From: Tubiluchus corallicola
Lineage: Eukaryota; Animalia; Priapulida
Direction of reading: 5' to 3'
Length of the DNA stretch: 64,000 bases
Assembly: GCA_030141605.1 (NCBI GenBank)
Contig: JAQGDQ010000003.1
Location: forward strand, 186,001 to 250,000
Shown here: piece by piece, positions 25,189 through 39,650 of the stretch
Layout of the letters: every line of letters begins with the position of its first letter
How positions within the stretch are numbered: the first letter of the stretch is position 1
Notes under the pieces: generated by a model
What the model was told of the DNA's origin: nothing
Databases searched by the model: none
What the model saw: only the letters and a program-made list of their open reading frames with translations
Translations under genes and position numbers: made by a program

Positions 25189-26316
25189 GACTACCTGAAA
25201 GTACTGCTGTTTATCTGAATGTTATTAATTAGCGACGAAAGAACTAACAAGTATTAGTTTTTAAGCAGACATTTTGAGCCTCGAAAAGAAAATCGACATT
25301 TTGGAAGCCAGAGACTTGGGGCCAAATCGCATAGTTTACTAAGATGTTGCAATACAAGAGAAAATTATTATTTAAGTTGTAACAGACCACTAATTTAATA
25401 ACCAACAACAACTCTAATTAAATTAAAATTGAAGCATCTCAAATAGTTTGCAATATTGCTGTAACAAGGATCCTGACCTTGGCCAAATTTAAGTCTTGGT
25501 TATTTTATCAGGTTTGTTTAAACAAATGGTAGTCCGATTAACCGTGCATTTGTCCCATCAAGCATTAATTATGATTGTTATAAATGGTCTAGTTTTATAG
25601 CTGTATTTAAGTTATAATGAGAGTTAATTCTATATTGACATCACAGCGTCACATTTGATGTGTGAAAATGTTATAAAACGTATAAGATTCCGTTTGCAGT
25701 TTACACAATAGCAAACAAATGCCAGCTTTTGATAAACCACATGTCAAACAACTATACGTAATATTGCTGCACTTTGCGAAATTCTGCATTGACAGCAAAT
25801 GACATTAGTCATTAGTGGCGCATACAGCTAAACTAAACTAAAGCAGTTACTGTATCCACACCAGCGAGTCACTGTTCGTAATATAAATTTATGTTTCCCT
25901 GCACTAGTCAGGTTACTCGGCCTCAGGGAGTTCTTGCTTCATAAAATAAAAAGCATCTATTGAGCTGATATTTCTGTAGCAAAGTATACCATCCAAAGTG
26001 TCATCATCAAATCTACAGGAAAGCTGTATAAACTTGTTGTCAGCTACTTGCAAATTTCAGAAAATGTGAATTAATTTTTTAGGTCCACTTGTTAAGCTGC
26101 ACTGGTATTACAATTTACAATTTGTTAAACTCTTTACCTTTGTTCCTTATATAACCGTGCATTGCACATGGGTGTGTGTACAATAGTCATTAACATGTAC
26201 TAATTTCATGTTTAGGTGGGATTCTCAGTTAACAATATGGACTGCCTACTTGCTTTAAGGAAAACTTCCACATACGCTAGTATTACTAGGTAGAAGTACG
26301 CAACAGTTGCAGCAGC

Positions 26317-26399
26317 ATGAAGTATAGCATTGGGAGCATCCCACCAGGAATTATACTACTGGACAAGACCTGCTGCAACTGTCATTCTAAAAATGTGTG
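26317..26399 (+). CDS. SLC37A2: SLC37 first coding exon
   Basis: Acceptor tttag| at 26215; [27 protein letters not shown](W); TG|gtcagt. Confidence 0.8.
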
Positions 26400-29300
26400 G
26401 TCAGTATTATTGTACATAGCTGTGTGATTTAAGACTAAAAGCCATTTAAGTAAAACTATAAATGCATTATCTTACAAATGTGTTTGCATTACCATTGTCT
26501 ATAGACCAGCTTTGCTAATGGGCAATTAGCTTGTAAAGCATTGGAAGATATTTTTGTGCCCTTAAAGATGCTTTTGTTATAGGCCTATCTCATCAGAAAC
26601 TATTATTCTCAACCATAATATGCAATGCACCATGTACACTGGCAACACACAACTCTATATCGCGTACCAGAAAAACAGAGCTCCAGTACAATCAAATTGA
26701 AGCGTGTTTCGGTGAAATTCAGCATAGGATGAAGAACTACAAACTTGCTTAAATGGTGGCAAAACAGAACCATTTCATTGCTCAACTAAATTTCAAAGAG
26801 CTCCTGATCTCTCTCCATGTTTTGTAGAGATTGGTGACGTCAGTGTCGGTCCTTCGCAAACCAAGAAAAATCTTGGAGTAACTTTTGACACTTTTTGTAC
26901 TTTGTCAAACCATGTAGCAAACCTTAATCAGTCAATATCATTGGCATTGTGGAAAACTGAAAAAATCGGATACATTCTCAACCACTGGACAACTGAAAAT
27001 TCACACATGCCTTCGTAACATCCAAACTTGATGAAAATCGCAAACTCCTACTAATTCGGAACTCTACTGCTCTCCTCATTACCAAAACTAGAAAATATGG
27101 TCACATTACACTATTCTAAGAGAGTTACTGGCTGTGGCAAAGTTTCAAATTCAATTTAAGATTATTTGTATCGCCTACAAGGTACTACATGGTTTGGCAC
27201 CTGCATATCTCACAGATCTGTTAATACGTGTAACGTAGGCTGAACTCTTCATTCTAATGCTAATGAACAAATTAATTTTCATCAGCCAGTTCCAAATACG
27301 GTATTCTATGATGAAAGAGCTTTTTCAGTTCGTGCTCTATATCTCTGGAATAACTTACCTGTGTTATGCAAATTCGTTAAGTTCTTTTAAACGACATCAT
27401 AAAACTCATTTGTTTAGCTTGTTCTTTTTATGATGAATTAATTTTTTAATGTATTTTAAATTTGAATGTGTCATGAAATTTAAATGTATTTTACTGTTCG
27501 GCATGCTGAGACTTAAAATGATGTAGTGTACTATATAAATAAATTTTACATTACATTTTACATTGTGAGTACATTACATTACATTCATGAAATTTAAGGT
27601 AACTGATAATTAGTCTTGAGCTAAAGGCATTTGTAACATTAGGTACCGAACCATTTACTTATTTGAATATATTACAATAGCTGTTAATTTGCATTTTGCA
27701 TTTTTACTAATAGACATTTTCAATTGGCAGGTGTAGAATATGGGTTTGGTTACTGACATTTTTATGTTATGTAACATACCACTTATCCAGAAAGCCTATT
27801 AGTGTTGTCAAGGTGAGAATTGATCTTTGTATTGCCATTGGTCAACCTATACTTGCTATTTTTGTGTATTTTTTGTAAAATTTGACGGCCTGAGTTGCAA
27901 AGTGCAAACTAAGCATATCTCAAGTAAATTGAGATATACAGTGCTGGTTAGAAAGTTGCTGTTAATGCAAATAGTAAGTACTGGTAATTATTCTTTGTCC
28001 TATGTTCGTTCCACCGTCTGCTATACTACGAGTATATACACATAGTTGATTAAATGTGTGTTTGCATAGCAAAAACGTTTAGAAGTTGGCATTTAAGCTT
28101 TTCTAGTTATTCGCATATCCTGAATCTCCATTTTATGAGGATCATTTTGATACCAAGCTCATCATGCTATATTATTTCAAAGCTGAGATTATGCATGTTG
28201 AGGTAAAGTGCACACTGCACACGGAAAAACATAATCTTGAGAAAATTGCTGTTAAAATTAGCCATTGCTTTTTGTTGCATTTCTACAAAACATTTTTAAG
28301 TTGTGTTTAAATCCAGTAGATGGCTCTTCCAGATGAATATCTGGGCTTGGCAACAGGAAAAACTGCAAGCAAAACGATTGCTTTTAAGGGCTACTGTCAG
28401 ATTTTGAAAATACATGTTTTTCACAATTGCAATTCCAGATTTTGGCCAGAGAAGAGGGTAAAGTGTTATAAAATTAAATTTTTAGTATTTTTGAACATTT
28501 TTCTGATCATTTGATGCTATAATATAAAAGTCCATCATATTTAACATAATTTTGATTAAAAATAAAAAATTGACATTTGACCCAGATTTTGGTGCATTCT
28601 ATTTTGAACCATCGTAACATAGTTTTAACTATGCGGACTTATGAATGATTTTGGTTTGCAAGCACACAAATGGTACTATACCACATACAGAAAAGCTTGC
28701 TACGGTAGTCTTAAAAATTTGTTTGCTGAGAGTCTGCAAATGACAGTGCAATTAACATGTTAAATACATGTGAAGTGATTTATTGTCTTTCAAGGATTTA
28801 TCTGTGTCCAACACTTGAATACCTAATTCTTAGTTCGGCCTACTAATGGCATTACCTTCAAGCGGGAATATTTTTCCAGGAGCAAATATTTCAACACCAT
28901 TAGTAACGACTTTTTCTTAACAAGTGCGACTGCTTTTAATTCACAAATAAAATTGGAATTTCCCAAAGAAAATTCTCATGAGAAACTTACAAAGCGATAT
29001 CTTTTTCATAGTCAAAATGTTATATTCCAGTGACTTATTTATGGATGTTTGATATTTGCACTGGTTTGTCCAGTAAGTCCACAAGTGAAATGCACATAAG
29101 GATTTTTTCTAGCAACAATTTTTCGCATTAATCGCTTTTGATAGCCAGCATTGCTTTGATTTGACAATCACTCATTTTTTAAATTCAAGTAAAAAATTGG
29201 CATTTTGCTTGTGTTTTAAGTATTTTAACAATATTTTTGAAATTTACAAATAAATGCTTGAAAACGTACAGAACGAATTCATATTGCTGTGCAAACGTGA

Positions 29301-32300
29301 AATTATGAAACGTCTACTGCAAAATATTTTTTCAATCAAATCTTTGGCAACATAATTTATAGTTACCATGTTTTATAACATGCTGTACAAGATTCTAAAA
29401 ACAGGTAGAATGCAAACAGAATCATTGTACGTCTTATATAGCATTTAGAAGTTCGGTGGAAATGACAGCACTAATTCATAGATAGCAATTGCAGAAATTG
29501 CTGAAAAAGTTGATACGAATACATTTTCAGGAAGTTCTACATTGGGAGAATTGTTCAGTACTTCCTGGTTACAACAAATCTGATCCATATGCCTGCGATT
29601 GGGCTCCTTTTGGTAATATTTCGCATATTTTATTAAGCTGTGCTTTGTGTAAGTTGTAATGTGCATTTTCTTTGCCCTTATTTGCTTGTGTGTTCCTTTA
29701 TATACTATATACTGAGCTATGCCTTCGGAGGAATCCGTGGTTATAGCATTTTCCTACAAAAATATTTATTATATAGGAAACACACTACAAGCAGGAATCT
29801 AGCACTTGAATGCAAGTGATGACTTGCTAATACTAAACTGGTTGCAGCAGGACCAGAACTTAGCTAGTTATCTCTATTAATATCTAATTTGAGAATGTGA
29901 ATCTGGAGGTGACTTAACTACATTCAGAAATGTATGCATCCTCTCTTAAGGAGCTAGCTAACCTAGCTGGTAGTGAAGGAAATGAAACTGCCTAGGAGTA
30001 ATATTCCTGGCCTGCTCCCATTCATATACTGACTGGGATTGGTGTTGCTCAACTTTGGTCACCAATAGAGACTGTGACTTCAGCTGTTATGAGTTAGTAG
30101 ATCTTTGACATTAGCTCCCAATCAAGATTAAAGTGAATATTGGTTTTCAGATCATGATAATTTTGAAGAACTTGAGGGTAGTTTGGATTATGCATTTCTG
30201 TTTGCATATGCTTTAGGGATGTTTGTTTGGTAAGTTTATGTAATATGTATTTATTTCTTGTCAATGATAGCAGTGATACCATTTTTGTATTTTTTGGAGC
30301 TTGTACTTCTGTAGAGTAACCAATGGTGTAGTTGGTGGTCGAATTCCAGTAGCAGACTTAGTTGCCCCGATTTTTCACTTTACAATGTTGCTAAGAATAA
30401 GCATTCCCTTTTACTAAACATTGAATTTTAACAATGTCGTTTTATTTGCATTTTGCAGGGATATTTGCTATACAGTAGTGGTATTTTGCTGCAAATGCTA
30501 AACATCTTTTCTTTTTTTCTAATCTAAGTTTTTTCACATTTTTTATATAAATCCAAGTATTTATATAATCCCCATTTTTCTAATCTAGTACACAGTTGTA
30601 ATATGCCTACAGGCTTACTAAAGCACAAGAAAACCTTCGTTTACATAGAGCTTCAAAAATTTGTTTTTAAATTGTATGTCACCTACATACTGTCTTATTG
30701 CATACAGGGCTTGCACTAGCAGTAACACTGCATAAAACTTGAAAACTTAAACTCCTGTGATAACCATTAAGCGCATAATTGACGATAAATCATTAGAAAC
30801 ACGTTTTGATAATAACATTGCATACAGCTTGAAAAAATAATAAGAGCATTTGTAGCACACACTTTACTAACTAAGCAAAATTTTAAATTACTGTATCTTG
30901 TCACTAAGATTAAAATTAGTTTTTCTGGTGAGTGAGTGATGCACACTGTGAAGGTGAGTCAGTGACATTTTAATAATTGGTGCAAACTTGTGAGTTATTA
31001 AAAATTTTCTTTTTTAGTTATAGTATGTCTTTCAAGCAGGTGAGCGTAATGCTGTATAAGTAATATAAATTTGCCTTTTCTTCCAATTTAAGTTAACTGC
31101 AAAAATAAAAACAAAACAAGTTAAATTGAAAATAGCATTCCAAATTTGAAATTGAAAAGAAGATAAAAAAAAGTGTTGATGCTTTTTTGATATTTTATAA
31201 GTCATTTGTTAAAACCTTGATTTTATTTTTGGTATTTCAGCGGTCACATAGCCGAACGTATGAATTTGCGTTTGTACCTAGCATTAGGTATGATGCTCAG
31301 TGGTGTGACCACTGCACTGTTTGGGCTGGGTTACTATGGAAACATTCATTCGTTAACCTACTATGTAGCTGTGCAAATTGCTGGTGGTCTCGTGCAGGCT
31401 TCGGGTTGGCCTGGTGTTGTGACCTGCGTAGGAAATTGGTTTGGCAAGGGACAGTAAGTCTGACTAAAATAGTTAAAATTGTTATACACTGTGAACATTT
31501 TTTAGTTTTTCTCTCCATTATTAAGCTTAATCGGTCTTTAAAGTTTTAATAATGATTTATTACTAATAGTTTTAACAGAATTTTAGTCGAAGTATTCTCA
31601 TCACACACTCCTTTATGCACCACTGTCTAGTTCTTCGTATAATGATTTTAACGACTAACTAATCTATTTTAAACACACTTTTCACAACCATTTATATATT
31701 ATTTACATATACCAGTTTAAGCTTGCAAGTTGGTTGTAAATCTTCCTTGCAGCTGTCTTCTGCTTCAAACTCGCTAACTTAAACAACTTTAGGAAATATT
31801 TTTTTAATTGGTAAATGAAAAGATATTATATATGTGAAACAACTGTTTCTTTTGTAAGATGTATGTGAAATTTTTCGTGTAAACTGTTAAACAAAACAAT
31901 GGTTCACAAAAGACTGTATTATTGTGGTTAGTAACTCTGTTATAATTAATCATCTTTTTGTTGTAATTAAGGTTGCACAAGAATATTCATCAACCTTTAA
32001 ATTGGATAAACAACTACATGCCATTTCATCAGCTTTGCACTGCTTTATGCTTTGCCATTGTTTTATACTGTGTTTTGTTTTACAGTCGAGGTTTAGTGTT
32101 TGGAGTATGGAATTCACATACTTCTGTGGGTAACATTTTGGGATCAGTAATAGCAACCATATGGATCACTAAAGAACTGGCACCCCCTTGGGGCATGTCT
32201 TTCATTGTTCCCGGTTTTATCATATTTTCAATGGGCATCTTTGTCTTCTTTTTTCTTCCTACAGGTATGAAATTATTAATAAACTGGACCCAAATTCTTG

Positions 32301-35300
32301 AAATTTCTCGTGCTAGGAATTATTATTATTTATCCAAGTATCCACTTATTACAATTTCCAGTCGTAGGATACATTCAAGGAATGGTAACAGATGTTTCCT
32401 TTTACAAGTGAGGCTTCATCGCTTCATTTCCATAAAGTTAGCAACTGGTAGCAATGCAGTGAAATAAATCGTCTTTAAAGACAATGTATTTTATGACCTT
32501 TCATCTAAGCTCTTTAGGCAATAAACACAAGTTTGTTGTTACAGGCTTGGGATGTTATTTGCAAAATTCTTCTGTAATTTACACAACAAATGCAAGGCTG
32601 TTTGGAGAATACATGCATGTTTGAAATGAATTCCATAAATTTCTCAGGGACATTTTCATTGTGGGTGCAGATTGAAAAACTAATCATTTTCTATTTAACT
32701 CTCAAAGTTTTTCCTGGTTCATGTATTGTAGTGATAAGACACACAAATGGTAATTGGAAGTTTTGTAATATGTTTGGTAAAAATTCTTTTATCGGTGAGA
32801 CATATTACCATATAGATGCCTCAGCTCTGCATGTTAGTTTTGCTACTGAGTTAGGCTTTCTATTTGTTAAATTTGCTTAGCATTGGTATTTTATCTTTTA
32901 TGCCTACTATCAAATTTAGGAATATTAAAAATGTATATTTTTTTTTTAATATAAACTATGCACTTGCAAGTCAACCACCATCATCAAATTTGCAATTATT
33001 CATAATATATGATTTGGTTAGAAATGTTCAATGCAATAATTGTCTATAGTTCAAATAAAAAATGTTTTGTGTTTAAAATTTACTTTGCATAAGCATTTAC
33101 TTGGACAATATTCATGCTGGTGAGACATTTGTGAAAATGTCTATATTGCTTGGTACATTTGTTCTAGTTGTTATAATCCTTTTTAAAACTTAATGGTGCA
33201 TGTAAGCAATGCATCAAATGTGAAATGTTTTTACTTATATTTCAACAATAGCTGATTAACATAAGCTTTAGATGACTTGCTTAGCAAAAACTTTTTTGCA
33301 TTTAAAGAAAAGGCCAAGCCTTCTAGGAAGTTGGGGTTATTTCAATGTAAATGAAAAATATTAGGATTTAGTAATGAAAGTATAATAATCAGTAAAAATC
33401 ACTTCATTTCTTTGCTTTGGCACTCTTTCATTTTAAACACCTGTTCTTCCACCAATGACATCGTTCATCGACTGAAGAAATGCAGAGCACCGCCAATTTC
33501 CGTCAAAAGTTTTTACAAAAAAATTTAAGTGTAAGTGATAACAATAAAATAAATCCAGCATGCTAAGTGACTTGTCCTTTCCTTTAATAAAAACTGCGGT
33601 TTTTGCTACTAGGTATTATCCTTCACAGGATAATAATAATAATATTCTGGACAGTTGAAGCATTTTTCTTTTTAAATTTCAAAAGTATTTTAACAGTTTG
33701 CTTATTTTTTTGTTGCAGATCCTACAGCTGTAGATTGCTTGCCTCCTAATCATAAAGGAAAGGTAAAATATTTTCGCTCATATTTTGTGATATTTACTTA
33801 AATTGTTCTAAATAGCCTATACTGGTCACATTTTTGTATTGACATGTTATAAATTTTATGGTAAGACAGCATTTAAGCTTATTGGCTTGCCTAAAGAGTG
33901 ACTGAATAAATGTGTAAAAATATTTGCATGAAGAGTGGACATTCTCGTGCTCATTCAATATTATTTAGACTTTTTACAGGCAGCATAATGCTGCGTGGTC
34001 GTCAGATTTATATAGTGTCTTTCACCTGTGTGTTTTAGCTTTTATAAAAACTTATTTATAATTATGCTTTGTCTGCAGATAACTAAACTAAAAATGCTTA
34101 CAGTCATACACAAAGTCTTTAAGACTACACTATAAATTTTTCTATTGGTATGTGGTTAAATCATTTAATGAATTCGTAAACCTTTATTTTGTTGACACAG
34201 GAGCTCTTTGTTAGTGAATTAATAAACTAAGACTTAATCAGTTTTTGTGCGTCAACCTGAAAATTTTCTGGTTTGAATGTTGGAGAAACAATAATGCTGA
34301 GTATCAGTAAATTGTTGTTTTAATGTATTTAAATGTTTTCATGTATTTCAAATGCTTTTGTCTTCTACTAATCTTTCAAGTGTTTTTTCATTTCTGCACA
34401 GAGTATAATGAATCACACAGTACAAAGAGCTGATGAAGCCTTGCTCGATCCCGGCGTAACTGACTCTGCTCTTGCTCATGTAAGAGTCCGTGCTTTCAGT
34501 TTTATTAACATCACTTGTAATTTCGCAATGCATGATTTAGTTTGCAGATTGGTCAATTTGCTGAAAGTTTTATTTATAAACTCAGACACTCACTAAAGGA
34601 GGTATGTGGTCATTGTGCCTCTTTGGTTTACCAAGTATTTTGGCAAACATGTTTAAATAATTATGCAATATTATAGGATTAGCATGAATGCATCTAATTT
34701 TCAATGAGAAAATGAACGTGTAGCCTTGTTCTTTTAGTTACTTTTATAATAAGCTTTTTTCTTGTCTTGTAATAATTTAATGAGAAATTTGTGCATGCCC
34801 AAATTAATATTTGACTTACTGTTTTCATCTCTGTGGCCTGTGGATTCAGTAACAGAATGTCTTTTTAAAAGACAAAAAATTCTTTGTTTCTGCTGAAATT
34901 GTAATTGTGTTTTATTAATTGTTTGCATTTCTTGCAATCGTTTTGTCATAATATCACCATCAATTGGAATCTTAAGGTTGGCGCACAACGTGGTCATTCA
35001 AAAGTTAATTCATATTGGGTTATTATTTGAATTACTCTGTTCAGTTAGTAAGATATTACCAGCCACATCCAGTGGTGCGCTTTGAATTAAAATCAGTGCA
35101 TTACTGCCGCATGTAGTAACACATTCTTATTAATTATACTGACTAACGTAAAATTTATACTTTGTAAGTAAACGCAAGTTAAGAAGTTTCTCTAGTACAA
35201 CTTTCAAGAGAAGTTCCTTTGTTTCGCCGATATGAAGAAATGTGTGCGTAAACGATGCTATACTAAAGTTGTTTTAACTCTTTAGTGACTATACTTACAC

Positions 35301-38300
35301 ACAGAAAAATTGAGTAACCCCCCACTTTGCATTGTAGCATTTTAATTTCGCATGGTTACTGCAGTCAATACCTTTTTCGAGATCCCCTTTTTAAATTTCA
35401 CACTATGATCTTTTATAGTCATGCACTTTAGCATTATATGTATGTCACAAACATTTGTATAACAGAAACAAATTGTGACAAATAAATTATAATGAATTGT
35501 TCAACTTATAGTGTCAGCATTTTGTGCTTTTTAAACAAAACCAAGACATTTTCTCATTGTACATTGTAAAAATTTAAACCACCTAGAAAAGTTATATCAA
35601 TGTGAAATTTTTATATGCGTGTTCTTAAAAAGGTATGTTATTACTGGCGTCATCACAATTTGGTTGGATGAAAGTATGGTACCAAGTTATTAAATCACGC
35701 TATGGTTATTTAGTACTGCTGAAAACATGGCACTGTTAGTCGTTATAGACATACAGTACTTACGTATAAACAGCACTTCTTGTAAACAGTGATAGAATTA
35801 TATGTGCTTTGATCATCTCATACATATGTTTACGAGAAACGCTGTTTATTTGTATGCATACTTTTTGTTAACGTCGTCCACAGAAGTTGTCCCAGCTATT
35901 TAAAATTCTTTACACTTTAAACTAATCTTTCTTTTTGATTGTCGTACAGTTTATAGCTTGTTGCGTATATGCTTCACAAATTGTAACTGCTGTTATGATT
36001 TCCACTATGTTGCTAATTTTACCATCTTATTAATAGGTGCCACCAGCAACAGAACATGAGCCTCTCCTTTCCTCCGATTCGGACAGTGATAAAGAAAATG
36101 TTCAAATTTTGCAAAAACCTGCTATCAGTTTTTGGGGTGCATGCACAATTCCGGGAGTCGTAGAGTTTTCATTTTGTCTCTTCTTTGCCAAGCTGGTTAG
36201 CTACACATTTCTGTATTGGCTACCCCTATATATAAAGAATATTAGTAAGTATCATCTTTGTATAAACTATAAAAAATATGTTGCTATTGTATTGACTACA
36301 GACGGTACAAAATCTTTACAAGACATAGCATAAAAAATAAAATAAGATGTGAACATAATATAGGTTATAACCACTACCTTGCACTACTCAGTTTCTGGCT
36401 CTTTGCAGTCTATTGAAGCATTCTTACAAATTTTTTGCACAGTATTGTAATTTGGACTTTTTTATTATGCTGGATCACTAATTCTGTCTTCATGTAAATA
36501 AAAAATTACTATTTTATTTTTGTTGCAGCTAATTATGGTGCATCGAAGTCAGCATATTTATCTACCATGTTTGATGTTGGTGGTATAATCGGTGAGTTTT
36601 CGTATTTGTAGTTTTACTTTTATCAGAAATTTCTCCCTATTCATTTCCTTATGTGCAATTATATACTGTATATAAACAGCTAACTAACAGCAAAGTTTTC
36701 TTTGTAACAGTCATCATCCACATATGTAGGTAAAGTTACTAATTTTACATGTATGTGCTAGAGTGCATCTATGTGTACTGTGGCATAGTCCAAAACTGAT
36801 AACTGCAGTAGCAGTGTGTTTTGCATTCCATGAAAACTCTTGCTAACCCTTGAATAGATACAGCTTAGATTGCAAAGAAAAGTGATATCTGATGACTTAC
36901 ATGAAAATAGATGCTTTTCTGTTGCGAAATTCTTGTGCTTGCAAAAGTGGTGTTTCTTAAGTTTTTAGCTAGAAAACTGGTTGTTATGACAACACAATAG
37001 CTATCATTTTTTCAGAACAGCTAATGGTAATTGCATAGCGCAAAAAGGCCAAGAATGGCTGGATATATTTTGTGTTTAATTGCAAGAAGGACCAAATACA
37101 TGCAGCGAATTTAACTTAATTGATGAAAGGCTTTGCAGTCTTTAAATAAAGAATGTAAAATTTGTATTTGTTTTCTCCCTCTGTTTTTGATATAGATTTA
37201 TACGTGACTGATTGATGCAGCCTGTTGATGCCGGAAAATTAATGTTACCTACTAATGTGGGTGCTACTACTTAAAGAAGCGGACTTATCACAAAAATGCT
37301 TTTAATTTAGGTGGTATTATGGCAGGAGTCATCTCAGATTATACTGGAAAGAGTGCTACTACATGTGTTATCATGCTCTTCTTTAGCGCGCCAATGTTAT
37401 TCATTTATCAAGCGTATGGTCATCTTGGTCTTAAACTTAATATATGTGAGTAGCTTTTTCTTTTTCTCTAAAATATTTTACCAGTGCATCTCATGGATAT
37501 TGCTGCACATATGATTTTATGACTGCCTAAATTGCAATAACATTTGATTAAAGGCAATGTCTGATAAAGGTTGCTCCAAATGTTTCAGGTTTCTGTTGTA
37601 GCACTGTACGATGCAGCTACAAGGAGTTTCCATTATGCTGCTAAAATTGCCGCTGTAAAATGAGTTTGCAAATTAGATGGTTCCCAGAGTGCATCTTTGG
37701 ACCAAATCGCCATTTTTAGTTTAGCAGCCTGCTATAATAATGTCTCAGTTTGTGTGAAATTTAAGAACTAATCATACAATTTTTTTCTTAAATCGCTGGT
37801 TATAGTTTGTACAACAGAGAAAATGTATGGTAAAATAATAAACTTTATAGCTTGTAACTGTCATCATCAGTCTGCACAACTTTCGCATGTCTTAGTGTCA
37901 CAGTTGACCATACAACATCTGTATTATGTTATTAAATCAGACTTCCAAGCAGCACTTGGGGAAAAGACTTCCTAACCAAAAATGACACAGTGGCAGAACT
38001 ACGTTCTTGCAAAGAGTTTCCCTGTTACAAAAAAAAACAGGAGAAGGTGACAGTAGAATTTAAGTTTGCCTCACACTCATTGCTGAGATAATGCTCTGAA
38101 AATGCACAGGCAAGTTGCCTCTTTTTCAGGTTTTTCACCGTAACCTTTCATGTTAAACTTCACTGGTCAGGGAATAACAATTAAAATAATGCCACTAGAG
38201 TCTAATTAAATTTAAATAATGTATTTCAAAACAAAATGAGCTTAGTAGGTAATTGTCGTCATGAAAATATTGCAAGTTTCAGCAAAAACATAGTCCGATT

Positions 38301-39611
38301 GTTAAAAGCACTTACTCCTCGTCCAGGAACTGAAAAGAATTATTCAATGCAGTGCTGTAAAAATGCACATGGATGAGTTCCATACGATTGAGCGACTTTT
38401 TGAGATGTAATTCTAACTACAGTGATCGTAGTTTTTTAGACTCGTGGTTAATAGAAGCAGTCACTTAATTCGCTCAGAAACATCTGGCATGGGCTGCCCC
38501 TATTCAAATGCGTATAAAAACTGTCGGCATTTGACTGACTCTGCATAGTTGATTCGATATTTTTGCTTCATGTATTTATAATAAGCCAAATGTGTGTGAT
38601 CAAAGAGCTCTTACTACTTTATGTCATCTTTGTGCACTTTAATGCATGTAGAAACAGTCATGTTAAATAACGTTTTTTTTTGTAAGCGGGCAGGTCTATT
38701 ATGTGCTAATTGCTAGCTAGTGGTTTTGCTTTGAATTTTGAATCTTGTCACCCGTTTCGTCAGTTAACTATTCTTGTTATGCCATCGATGCATTGACAGT
38801 TTTCTGCCAGTATTCTTTGCAAGCGTAGTTATCATAGAGCAACAGCAGCTAAGAACACAGAGTTAATTTTGACAAATAGAGCATAAGCTCAGAAACTAAA
38901 CATTTAAAGCTCTCACAGCCTTTGCAGTGCATACCATGCTAAAGAGTGATGACTCATAGTTGTATACTAGTAATGCTGCATCCGTCAGCTAATTGATTCA
39001 GCTAATTAGGTCAAAACGCTTCCATTCCAAAGTGTGTCTAGTAAATGGCACTTACAGTATCACGAATGCAAACTCTGTATAAATTTGGACTTTTTCATTC
39101 ATTGTTGACTTTTACAGTTTGCCAGTGAAGGTTTGTAACGATTTCTGTCTACAATGTTCTAATAAACAAACTGGTAATTTGAATTTTTTGTGTTGCTTTT
39201 AGTTTTACTGATAGTGACTGGAATGCTGGTTAACGGACCCTATGCTCTCATTACAACTGCTGTATCTGCTGATTTGGGCACACACAAGAGTTTACATGAC
39301 AATGCCAAAGCCTTGGCAACAGTCACCGCCATCATTGATGGCACAGGATCCATGGGTGCAGCTTTAGGACCACTTTTGGCTGGTCTTATTTCTCCAACTG
39401 GTTGGAATAATGTCTTCTACATGCTGATTGCGTCCGATGTCATAGCACTAGTTGTAAGTTTAGTTTCATGGTAAACATTTTATAAGAAGTAGGCAGTAGA
39501 ACAGGAATTGGTGGTAAAAAACAGATTAAATAAGAAATATCGTAATAATAAAAAATATTAAAAATACATTTATACCTATTTGTGGTAAATTTTTAAATAT
39601 AGTGACACCCA

Positions 39612-39650
<39 letters not shown>

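Noticed and set aside
35045-35074. Possible 30-nt phase-0 SLC37 exon ([10 protein letters not shown])
   Set aside because: Weak donor (gtgcgc), no homology support and not needed for frame
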